Source: a virus. Taken from it: a stretch of DNA of 64,000 nt. The DNA lies in IMG/VR virus record IMGVR_UViG_3300023179_000037, positions 47,976 through 111,975 of that record. One strand, written 5' to 3'. The notes under the pieces were generated by a model, which was not told where the DNA came from, ran no database searches, and saw nothing but the letters and a program-made list of their open reading frames with translations. This document shows, one piece after another, positions 1-8,357 of the stretch. Position 1 is the stretch's first letter, and each line of letters starts with the position of its first letter. The position numbers and the translations under genes are program-made.

Positions 1-91
1 TGGAAAATCAGCATATCGTCTTGGTAAACCAAGTCGTGCTATGGTAGCTGCTGCATATAAACAAGCAGGCAGTGAAGCATTTTCAGCCTAA
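1..91 (+). CDS. 3' end of small conserved T4-like phage protein (...GKSAYRLGKPSRAMVAAAYKQAGSEAFSA*)
   Basis: Open frame from position 2 to TAA at 89-91, followed by a terminator; YRLGxPSRAMVAA recalls a common small T4-like protein. Confidence 0.7.
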   Translation, partial: GKSAYRLGKPSRAMVAAAYKQAGSEAFSA

Positions 92-98
92 TTGATAT

Positions 99-122
99 GC
101 CGAGGGACTCCCTCGGCTTTTT
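99..122 (+). terminator. Rho-independent terminator
   Basis: GCCGAGGG-ACT-CCCTCGGC stem followed by TTTTT. Confidence 0.85.
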
Positions 123-125
123 ACT

Positions 126-686
126 ATGAATACATTTGATTTTACTGAGAAGGCATTAGTTAAAGAAGCTAGACGTCTTAATCTTGTCAAGAAAGTTGGC
201 GAACGAAACTTAACTGAAGATGAAACTAGTCTATTGGTAGCGTTTACTAAATACGAATACCAACTAAAGAAAGAAAAACTTAAGAATCTACCTGAAAGTA
301 AATTACGAAAACTAAAAGAAAGGCATGGTGCCAGTTATCGTAGACGCAAAGCTGATCCTTTACGTTTCGGTAAAATGGAACATACTGCTCTCAAAACAAG
401 AGCAAAATCAAAAGATCTTAAATTTGATCTTACTCCAGAATACATTCAAAAGAAATTTGACGAATGTGACGGAAAATGTGCTATTACCAAAATTCCCTTT
501 AGTATGGAGATGGGTACCAAAGGAAAACGAAATCCTTATAGACCCAGTGTAGATCGAATTAACTCAAATAGAGGATATATTAAAGGGAATATTCAAGTAG
601 TATTAGCTGTCGTAAATACTATGAAAATGGATTATACCAATGATATTTTACACCCTGTAGTTAAAGCATGGGCAGAAAATATTTAA
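126..686 (+). CDS. His-Me finger/HNH-type endonuclease-like protein
   Basis: KCAITK...PSVDRINSNRGYIKGNIQVV...VN motif typical of phage HNH-like nucleases. Confidence 0.65.
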   Translation: MNTFDFTEKALVKEARRLNLVKKVGERNLTEDETSLLVAFTKYEYQLKKEKLKNLPESKLRKLKERHGASYRRRKADPLRFGKMEHTALKTRAKSKDLKFDLTPEYIQKKFDECDGKCAITKIPFSMEMGTKGKRNPYRPSVDRINSNRGYIKGNIQVVLAVVNTMKMDYTNDILHPVVKAWAENI

Positions 687-703
687 TTTTAATCACTATC
701 TTC

Positions 704-728
704 AGGGGCCTTCGGGCCCTTTCTTTTT
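704..728 (+). terminator. Rho-independent terminator with C(UUCG)G tetraloop
   Basis: AGGGGCC-TTCG-GGCCCTT then TCTTTTT; T4-type UUCG hairpin. Confidence 0.9.
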
Positions 729-742
729 GATTTTCTAGAACT

Positions 743-750
743 AATAAATA
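743..750 (+). promoter_or_regulatory. T4-type late promoter (AATAAATA)
   Basis: NATAAATA core in intergenic DNA upstream of 781. Confidence 0.6.
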
Positions 751-780
751 TTAGAATAAATTTGTTCTAATGGAGAAAAA

Positions 781-1905
781 ATGGCCTCACTTTTTAAAAA
801 TTTTAGGCAAAAACTTGATGAAGCTAGGGGATTTATTAGCAGCTATGGTAATGAAGCAGAAAAACATAAAATGAAATATCTAGATCCATACGTTGGTTCT
901 GAAAATCCCACACATGAGGTTGGAACCAAACATGAAAATTTAAAAATTGGATCTAAAGTTAGATTACATTCTGTCTATACTGGAAATGATAAAAAAAATT
1001 ATGCTGTAGTTTCCGGTGAAGATAAAAAACAAGTTACTATTCCTGTTTCTAAGTTATTAAAACCCGGTGAGGAAAAGGTTAATCTTGGTACTAAATACGA
1101 ATCAGACTTTGTGGATAGACTTAGAAAACATGGATTAGTTCCAGAAAAATTTCAAGCTGCAGGATCTACTGCAGGCGCAGATGTTATGGTTTTGAATAAA
1201 AAGAAAAATATTACACACCCAGGTCGAGTGATGAGTGGGGATAGTGTGTTTCAAGGCGAGGTCAAACAAGATATAACCGCAGCTATGGGGCAGTTAACAA
1301 TTAGACACAATAAAGAAAAAGGATGGCATATTCCAGATGATGCAAGAGCCAAAAGACCTAAATATGCCGCCGAAATAGAAAAGGCAGGCATTTTAGAACA
1401 CATGAATAAAACAATACCCGATCCAAATACAGCAGAAACAACCGCTAGTGGTAGAGCCAAAAGTATTGTTTTGAAACATTCTGATCTATCTCCTGCAGAT
1501 GCGTATTTACAAGATCATCATGTTGATTTTGTTCAAGTAGGTTCGGGGTTCGGTACCTATAAGGTAGGAGACAAGGATAAAACAGAGCATGGATTGCCCG
1601 GATTACGAGGTAACGGGAAATGGACTATTAGAGAAAAACAAGCAGGCAATAAGAATTCTAGAACAGTAATGTTTCAACCCGATGGTAAAAAGGGTTTGAT
1701 AAAAAGTCATGTAAATTTAGATGATGATAAACATTTAGAAGATTTTAAAAAGACTCTTGGTCATAGTGTAGTAAATAAAACTAAAGAAAACCAAAACGTA
1801 CCTGAAACAAAGCAATCTGCAACTAAAAATGCACAGTTATCTGCAGAACCTTCTCATATTATTGTCCATGCTGGTGATACGAATAAAAAAATAAGAATAA
1901 AATAA
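781..1905 (+). CDS. Basic His/Lys-rich probable internal head protein with possible PD-(D/E)XK-like motif
   Basis: N-terminus MASLFKNFRQKLDE; YE...GADV...QGEVK spacing resembles a PD-(D/E)xK core. Confidence 0.5.
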   Translation: MASLFKNFRQKLDEARGFISSYGNEAEKHKMKYLDPYVGSENPTHEVGTKHENLKIGSKVRLHSVYTGNDKKNYAVVSGEDKKQVTIPVSKLLKPGEEKVNLGTKYESDFVDRLRKHGLVPEKFQAAGSTAGADVMVLNKKKNITHPGRVMSGDSVFQGEVKQDITAAMGQLTIRHNKEKGWHIPDDARAKRPKYAAEIEKAGILEHMNKTIPDPNTAETTASGRAKSIVLKHSDLSPADAYLQDHHVDFVQVGSGFGTYKVGDKDKTEHGLPGLRGNGKWTIREKQAGNKNSRTVMFQPDGKKGLIKSHVNLDDDKHLEDFKKTLGHSVVNKTKENQNVPETKQSATKNAQLSAEPSHIIVHAGDTNKKIRIK

Positions 1906-3068
1906 TGTATTCCTTTAAGTCATATTTTTATGAATCAGTGACGGATGAGAGCAAACTAACTCATCTTGAACATTTAGAAGACCATGTGATAAATGCTGGA
2001 TCGGAAGGATTTCACCATGCTGTTAACAATCTAGTACAGACGCACAATCTTTTAACTGGAAAAAAATCTAATGCTTCCATTTCCACAAAATATGATGGAA
2101 GTCCAAGTATAATAGCCGGACATAATCCTGAGAATGGTAAATTCTTTGTGGCATCAAAATCCGTATTCAATAAAAACCCAAAATTAAATTATACAATCGA
2201 GGATATAGCTAAAAATCATGGCCATGCGCCTGGATTAGTATCTAAATTAAGTCATGCATTAAAATATCTACCAAAGGTGATACCCCCGGGTAAAGTATAT
2301 CAAGGCGATCTAATGTATAGTAAAGATGACGGTGATGTGCAAGAGACTAAAGATAGTTATCACTTTAAACCCAATACTATTACTTATTCAGTAAAAAAGA
2401 ATAATCCAGAAGCCAATAAAATTAAAAAAGCTAAATTAGGTGTTGCTTTTCATACTGCATATAGTGGACCTAGTTTAGACAATATGAAGGCAGAATATAA
2501 TGCCGACACCGGACATCTAAAAGCTAACGACAATGTTCATATCATCAATACAAAGTTTGATCATACCGCTGCTACGTTAACTCCTAAAGCAAATGAAGAA
2601 TATAATAAACATTTTTCTGCTGCTATTGCTGAACACAATAAATTACAAAATTATGGACATCAGAATGGCCATGAGGATAGAATGAAGGAATATATTAATC
2701 AAACAGTTAAAGATGAATCAACGCCTAATACTAATGATTACAAAAAGTATCTAAAATCTTGGCATAGTAAACAGATAGATAAGGTGAAGACTCAAGTAGC
2801 CAAACAAAGAAAAACTAATGAGATGAATAGTGTTCTAAATCACGTTGATACTCATAAATCTCATTTTGATTCAAGTTTTAAGATACACCATCATCTACAA
2901 AAGGCTAAAGACATTTTGACACACTCTATGGCAGCTGCAGACTTTGATTATAACCATAGTATAAATGGAAAAGCAGCAAAACCAGAAGGTTTTGTAGTTG
3001 CCATAAATAACCGACCAACTAAATTTGTTGACAGAGAAGAATTTAGTAAAGCTAATTTTCAAAGATGA
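1905..3068 (+). CDS. Conserved T4-like protein (DUF6267-like) with ligase/covalent nucleotidyltransferase motifs
   Basis: KLTHLEHLED N-terminal signature; KYDG (motif I), YQGDL (III), PEGFV (IV), TKFV (V). Confidence 0.65.
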   Translation: MYSFKSYFYESVTDESKLTHLEHLEDHVINAGSEGFHHAVNNLVQTHNLLTGKKSNASISTKYDGSPSIIAGHNPENGKFFVASKSVFNKNPKLNYTIEDIAKNHGHAPGLVSKLSHALKYLPKVIPPGKVYQGDLMYSKDDGDVQETKDSYHFKPNTITYSVKKNNPEANKIKKAKLGVAFHTAYSGPSLDNMKAEYNADTGHLKANDNVHIINTKFDHTAATLTPKANEEYNKHFSAAIAEHNKLQNYGHQNGHEDRMKEYINQTVKDESTPNTNDYKKYLKSWHSKQIDKVKTQVAKQRKTNEMNSVLNHVDTHKSHFDSSFKIHHHLQKAKDILTHSMAAADFDYNHSINGKAAKPEGFVVAINNRPTKFVDREEFSKANFQR

Positions 3069-3580
3069 AATCATTTAGAGATTACAATAAACAAAAAGAA
3101 ATTATTAGAGATTTCGTAGAATATACTAGTAAAGAACTTGGACTTAAAGAAGTCCCTAAAGTTTTCTTTAGTGATTCAAAAAAAGAAGCATTTGATAATA
3201 CAAGCTTCGGACATTATAATCCAAGCGAAAACAAAATAATGGTAAATACTGCAGGTAGGCATCTTGCAGACATACTCAGAACATTAGGTCACGAAATGGT
3301 TCATCATAAACAAAACGAAGATGGTAGACTTCATGCATTAGCTGGTGAAACAGGATCATCCTTTGAAAATGAAGCAAATTCTATGGCTGGTATACTTCTT
3401 CGTAATTTCGGTAGATCTAATCCAACTATATACGAAGACTATGAAAACCATTATCGCTTCGATTGGGGAACTCCCGAAGGAACAAAATATATGATGAGCT
3501 TACATCCTTGGAATATAATATCACCTACAACAGCTAAAGAAATAATCAAAAATAAAATTAAAAATAGAAATTTAAAGTAA
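3065..3580 (+). CDS. Zincin-type metallopeptidase (HExxH)
   Basis: TLGHEMVHHKQ plus downstream ENEAN; ATGA overlap with upstream gene. Confidence 0.7.
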   Translation: MKSFRDYNKQKEIIRDFVEYTSKELGLKEVPKVFFSDSKKEAFDNTSFGHYNPSENKIMVNTAGRHLADILRTLGHEMVHHKQNEDGRLHALAGETGSSFENEANSMAGILLRNFGRSNPTIYEDYENHYRFDWGTPEGTKYMMSLHPWNIISPTTAKEIIKNKIKNRNLK

Positions 3581-3626
3581 CTTTATCATCTAGGCTCATA
3601 GTAAATAATAACACCTTGTCAATAGA

Positions 3627-4391
3627 ATGTCTATAAAATCTATCAAAGAAAAGCAACTTTTGGTCAACTTAGCCAATTATTTTGGACAGAAAGTCGATAA
3701 ATCTATAATTGAGGATGTGAATATACGCAATAATTTAGTTAATAATATAAAAGAAAATATTCGCTCTAATGTTTTTGAAGATTTATCGGATGCATTGGAT
3801 CTTATAAAGAATGAAACAAATAAAGTATCACAATTGCAAAATAATACTTTACCAAATATATCAGATCATCTAATAGAAAAAAAAGTTATTATAGTAGAAG
3901 AAAAAAATGAAGAGATAGGTTTTAGCCGAAGTCTTACTGATCTTGCCTCGGAAGCTATTACTGCTAGCGCAAAAAGAGACTCCTTCCAGCAACCTGATCC
4001 CTTGTTGGTGGCGCCAGATATAAATTCTATTCAAAAGAAAATTAGATATCTTGAGCAATGGATAGCTAAATTATCTGAAACAGGTCCAGGAGGGGGAGCA
4101 GGATCAGTAGCTAGATTAGATCATGAAACTAAACTGGTAACTACTCCTTATTATGAAATAACAACCAAAGATTTTTATATAGGTATAAATTACAATGGTA
4201 ATGTTACTATTACTTTGCCAAGTATTATAAATGCTGGTAGAATGTATATTATAAAAGATGAATCTGGAAACTGTTCTGTAAATCCAATAACTGTTTTAGG
4301 GACAGTTGACAATGATGCAGGTGGTTTTATTTTACAACAAGATAATGGCGGTGTACAATTAATTTATAGAAATGGTTGGAGAATAGTATGA
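3627..4391 (+). CDS. Hypothetical virion-associated protein
   Basis: Coiled-coil, GPGGGAGS linker, C-terminal beta module (YIGIN..VTITLP..GRMYIIKDESG). Confidence 0.5.
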   Translation: MSIKSIKEKQLLVNLANYFGQKVDKSIIEDVNIRNNLVNNIKENIRSNVFEDLSDALDLIKNETNKVSQLQNNTLPNISDHLIEKKVIIVEEKNEEIGFSRSLTDLASEAITASAKRDSFQQPDPLLVAPDINSIQKKIRYLEQWIAKLSETGPGGGAGSVARLDHETKLVTTPYYEITTKDFYIGINYNGNVTITLPSIINAGRMYIIKDESGNCSVNPITVLGTVDNDAGGFILQQDNGGVQLIYRNGWRIV

Positions 4392-5674
4392 CTTATCTAT
4401 TTACTACTAGTAATACAGCTACTATAGTTAACGAAGTAGAAATAAAAAATAATTCTGGCAATGCTATATCTGTGGTACTTGCCGAAACTAATTACGATTC
4501 TTTTGGTAGATTTAGAACTACAACGCCCTATACTCTATTTGATTCCTCACAAAGATATGCCGATAATGGCAAATTTGCAACATCTAATACTGCAACCACC
4601 AGCTATTCTTTTCAGGCAAATACAGCTAGCATAGATATGGTGGTTGATACAACAGCTAATGCTAAAGTTTATAGAGAAAGCTACAGAGTATTTGCCTATC
4701 AACCAGGCAAATCCTTGCAGATTATTAACACATTTGTCATGAATGCCAGCAAGGCAAATCTCAGACAGCGTGTAGGATATTTTAGTACAGACAATGGTAT
4801 TTTTCTAGAGCAGTCAGATGATGTATATTTTGTAAAACGATCCAAGGTAACTGGATCAGTTATAGATACAAAAATTGCACAATCTAATTGGAACATAGAT
4901 CCCATGAATGGAACTGGTCCTTCAGGATTGACGTTAAATCTAAACTATCCGCAAATCTTTTGGATGGACATAGAATGGTTGGGTGTTGGCACAGTAAGAA
5001 TGGGATTTGTAGTTAATGGTCGATTTATTCATTGTCATTCCATACACCATGCAAATCTTTCTAGCTCGCCTGCTGGCGCTTATATGCAAACAGCATGTCT
5101 GCCGGTAAGATATGAAATAGAAAACACTGGAGCAACTGCGAGTTCTTCTACTCTTAAGCAAATATGCTCTACAGTGATTTCAGAGGGTGGTTATGAACTA
5201 GCAGGAAAAATGCGAACCATAGGTATGCAACCTATTACTGCTGCTAATTATAATCTAGCAACAGCCAATGTATTTTATCCAGTGGCCAGTATTAGATTAA
5301 AATCCACTCATTTAGATGCCATTGTCATTCCTAAGAACATAGCTTTGGTTGGTACAACACAAAGTGATTTTAGATACAAGATTATTTCTAATGCTAATGT
5401 TACTGGAGGTTCTTGGGTTTCTGACGGCGCAGATTCTGCTGTAGAATACAACCTCTCTGGCACTTCTTTTACTGGAGGAACAGACTTAAGATCTTCTTAT
5501 CTAATATCTACAGGTAGCCAGAGCTTAACTGTTGATCTCAGAGATGGTGATTTTAAATTTCAATTAGAAAGAGATAGTTTTACTGCAACTCCCATAACCT
5601 TTACCCTAGTAGCTGCTGCTAAAAATAATAATGATAAAGTATTGGCTTCTATAGATTGGGAAGAAATCACATAG
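4388..5674 (+). CDS. Probable virion structural protein (DxFGR...YQPGKS family)
   Basis: DSFGRFR, FAYQPGKS, WLGVGTVR motifs; start moved to ATG at 4388 (ATGA overlap). Confidence 0.55.
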   Translation: MTYLFTTSNTATIVNEVEIKNNSGNAISVVLAETNYDSFGRFRTTTPYTLFDSSQRYADNGKFATSNTATTSYSFQANTASIDMVVDTTANAKVYRESYRVFAYQPGKSLQIINTFVMNASKANLRQRVGYFSTDNGIFLEQSDDVYFVKRSKVTGSVIDTKIAQSNWNIDPMNGTGPSGLTLNLNYPQIFWMDIEWLGVGTVRMGFVVNGRFIHCHSIHHANLSSSPAGAYMQTACLPVRYEIENTGATASSSTLKQICSTVISEGGYELAGKMRTIGMQPITAANYNLATANVFYPVASIRLKSTHLDAIVIPKNIALVGTTQSDFRYKIISNANVTGGSWVSDGADSAVEYNLSGTSFTGGTDLRSSYLISTGSQSLTVDLRDGDFKFQLERDSFTATPITFTLVAAAKNNNDKVLASIDWEEIT

Positions 5675-5697
5675 TAATTAACCAAAATATCTAATTT

Positions 5698-5705
5698 TAT
5701 AAATA
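5698..5705 (+). promoter_or_regulatory. T4-type late promoter TATAAATA
   Basis: Exact T4 late consensus in intergenic region. Confidence 0.75.
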
Positions 5706-5734
5706 AATAGATAACTATATTCTAATGGACAACT

Positions 5735-7459
5735 ATGGCAATTAACGAATCAAAACACGAGGATCATGCTTTTGCAATAGGCGGATTCTCGCCCTTTACC
5801 CTAGGTCATCAAGCTGTAGCAAGGGAAATGCAAAAGGGTAAACACGCCAGTGTTAGTGTATACACCACTAAAGCTACCACTAGACCTATTCCTGTTGACA
5901 AAAAAGTAGAATATATCAAAAAATCTGTTGCGCCTTCCATACATGTGGGTGCAACAGTTACTCCACTTCACGCTCTATCAGATATGCACTCTAGAGGTTT
6001 GAGAGGATCCGTCACTTTCTATGGTGGTTCTGACAGAAAACCTATAGTTGACAGATTAAAACAATATAATGGTAAAGAGGGAGGACATGGTTATTATAAA
6101 TTTGATGCTATTCATTTCAAACAGGTAGGCGGAGAAAGAAAAGAGGGAGCAAGTGGTCTAGCTGGTATTTCTGGTACTGCTGCCAGAGCTTCTAAGTCGC
6201 CCGAAGAACTGAAAAAGTTTATTCCGAAAGAATTGCACAAGCACGCTACTGAGATATTTAATCATATTCAAGATAAAACAAGTCAAAAGAAACCTATAAG
6301 GGAAAGATATATAAACGAGGAATTATTTAATCTGTTAGATACTGTAGAGACGAAAGAGGGCCATATTGGAGAAATAGTATACAGAGGTTCAAATTATGTT
6401 ACTATTCAATTACCAAATAATCAAACAGTTAAGTCTTGGATTTATGAAATAAAAGAATCAAAACAAAATAAAATAGTAATAGAAAATACATTACCTGCAG
6501 AAAAAGAAAATACCTATGTTGTTAGATATAGGCATAAAATAAATGAAAAAATTCCTGCTCTATTATTACCATCAAAAAAATTAATAGAAGAAATGGGACA
6601 AGTAAAATACGATGATTATACTACTAAAAATTTAGAAATAGATAAAACAGCTGGAAGATTACTAAAATCTATATCAACTAGAAATGATCTTAATCCAAAA
6701 TATGTTAAACAGGCTATCATGGCAGTAGATAAAATGTTTGATATTGAAAAACAGGCAGCTAAAGGTAAAATTCCACCGGAAAAAGTGCACGATTTTACAA
6801 TGTATGCTTCTATTGCGCATGATACTCTTAATCTTCTTGGATATCAAGATAAAGAAATAATGTTTGTACAAAAACATTACATAGATTTTTCTAAAAATGT
6901 TGATGAAGATGATGCGGATCTTCAAGATGATGCCCCTGGACATTTAGTTGGGATTCATGGTGGGGGTGAAATCGATGAATGGACCGCCCCAGAAGAAAAT
7001 AGATTTATTCAAAAGGGAAGAGCAAGTCCTGGCATGTTTAAAAAAATATCAACTGCTGACTACGAGACCAGAACCAGCCCTGATGGTAAAACTTATAAAG
7101 TAAAAAAACAAATTATTAGTAAAGGTCATCAAAAAATAGATGATAAAGATAAATCTAATGTACAACCATTTGTAGGAATGTACGAGGAAAAAATGAAATT
7201 TAACTACGATAAACCTATTAAAAATCTAACTCATGATACAACTAAACCTGATAATAGAGTAGGATTAGTACCATTTAGTGATTTTTTAAAAATGAAACTT
7301 GATCAAAAAAATAAAGTATTTGGAACAGAGATAGGAGGATCAAGTATTCAACAGCCTCCCCCAACATCTAATCAGACGAATTCAAAAAGTTTAGATTTAA
7401 TTTCTAAAACAAAACAGGCAAAAACAGCAGCAAAAAGAATTCAAATGGGACTTGATTGA
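5735..7459 (+). CDS. HIGH-superfamily nucleotidyltransferase (cyanophage cytidyltransferase-like) with C-terminal extensions
   Basis: GGFSPFTLGH, GGSDR, ISGTAAR, then GEIVYRGSNYV module. Confidence 0.7.
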   Translation: MAINESKHEDHAFAIGGFSPFTLGHQAVAREMQKGKHASVSVYTTKATTRPIPVDKKVEYIKKSVAPSIHVGATVTPLHALSDMHSRGLRGSVTFYGGSDRKPIVDRLKQYNGKEGGHGYYKFDAIHFKQVGGERKEGASGLAGISGTAARASKSPEELKKFIPKELHKHATEIFNHIQDKTSQKKPIRERYINEELFNLLDTVETKEGHIGEIVYRGSNYVTIQLPNNQTVKSWIYEIKESKQNKIVIENTLPAEKENTYVVRYRHKINEKIPALLLPSKKLIEEMGQVKYDDYTTKNLEIDKTAGRLLKSISTRNDLNPKYVKQAIMAVDKMFDIEKQAAKGKIPPEKVHDFTMYASIAHDTLNLLGYQDKEIMFVQKHYIDFSKNVDEDDADLQDDAPGHLVGIHGGGEIDEWTAPEENRFIQKGRASPGMFKKISTADYETRTSPDGKTYKVKKQIISKGHQKIDDKDKSNVQPFVGMYEEKMKFNYDKPIKNLTHDTTKPDNRVGLVPFSDFLKMKLDQKNKVFGTEIGGSSIQQPPPTSNQTNSKSLDLISKTKQAKTAAKRIQMGLD

Positions 7460-7890
7460 TGGAACAATTGCAATTAGTTTTAAATAAAGTTTTAGCTGAC
7501 ACATTTGGTATGTATTATAAGGCACATACTTATCATTGGAATATTGAAGGTCCCAATTTTCCTCAATATCATACTTTTTTAAACAATCTATATGAAGAAT
7601 TATTTGAAGCTGTAGATAATATAGCTGAATTTTTAAAAGCTATAGATGGATATCCACCGAAAAAATTATCGGCATTACAAAATATGATGTCCATAATTGA
7701 ATCTGAACCTGATACGGCATTAGAGATGATTAATGATTTAAACATTACTAATAACTTAGTTTTGATTTCATTAATGAGGGCATATCAATTAGCAGATGAT
7801 GCTGATGAATTAGGTTTAGCTAATTTTATTCAAGATAGAATAGGTGTTCATCAGAAACATGGTTGGATGTTAAAAACAATACTAAAATGA
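7459..7890 (+). CDS. dps: Dps-family ferritin-like protein
   Basis: KAHTYHWNIEGPNF..H..L..LYEE....VD..AE ferroxidase signature; C-terminal HQKHGWML. Confidence 0.9.
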   Translation: MEQLQLVLNKVLADTFGMYYKAHTYHWNIEGPNFPQYHTFLNNLYEELFEAVDNIAEFLKAIDGYPPKKLSALQNMMSIIESEPDTALEMINDLNITNNLVLISLMRAYQLADDADELGLANFIQDRIGVHQKHGWMLKTILK

Positions 7891-8357
7891 AAAAATTTAA
7901 CGAATTTCTAACTGAAGGTAGAATTAAAGAAGAACAACTTAATGATTGGATTTCTGTTTTTACCTGGGAAGATATAAGTGATTTGTATGGTCTACACGAA
8001 TTTGAATCTACCCCCGAAACTTTATCTGAAAAAATTTCTGCCACAACAAGATTAAGAAAAAGTCAGCAACTAAAAACTAAATCTGCAAAATTACAAATGG
8101 CAAGGCAGATGAAGCTACTTCGTACTTCTACACCGGCAATATTGAATAGAAGAGCTAAAGAAGCAGCGAGAAGAATGTTGATAAAAAAGCTTTTACAAGG
8201 TAAAGATAAATCACAATTATCTGCTCAAGAAAGGGATAGAATAGAACAAAGCGTATCTAATCTTATTTCTACAAATCCCGTATTTGTTCAAAAAATGATT
8301 ATGAAAGTTAAAAAATTAGAACAATCAAGATTAATCAGTAAAAATAATACTAAATGA
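7887..8357 (+). CDS. Basic probable internal head protein
   Basis: N-terminus MKKFNEFLTE resembles T4 IP capsid-targeting sequence; start at ATG 7887 (ATGA overlap). Confidence 0.55.
   Translation: MKKFNEFLTEGRIKEEQLNDWISVFTWEDISDLYGLHEFESTPETLSEKISATTRLRKSQQLKTKSAKLQMARQMKLLRTSTPAILNRRAKEAARRMLIKKLLQGKDKSQLSAQERDRIEQSVSNLISTNPVFVQKMIMKVKKLEQSRLISKNNTK

Noticed and set aside
3598-3622. Antisense sigma70 promoter (TTGACA...TACTAT on minus strand)
   Set aside because: Spacer is only 13 bp
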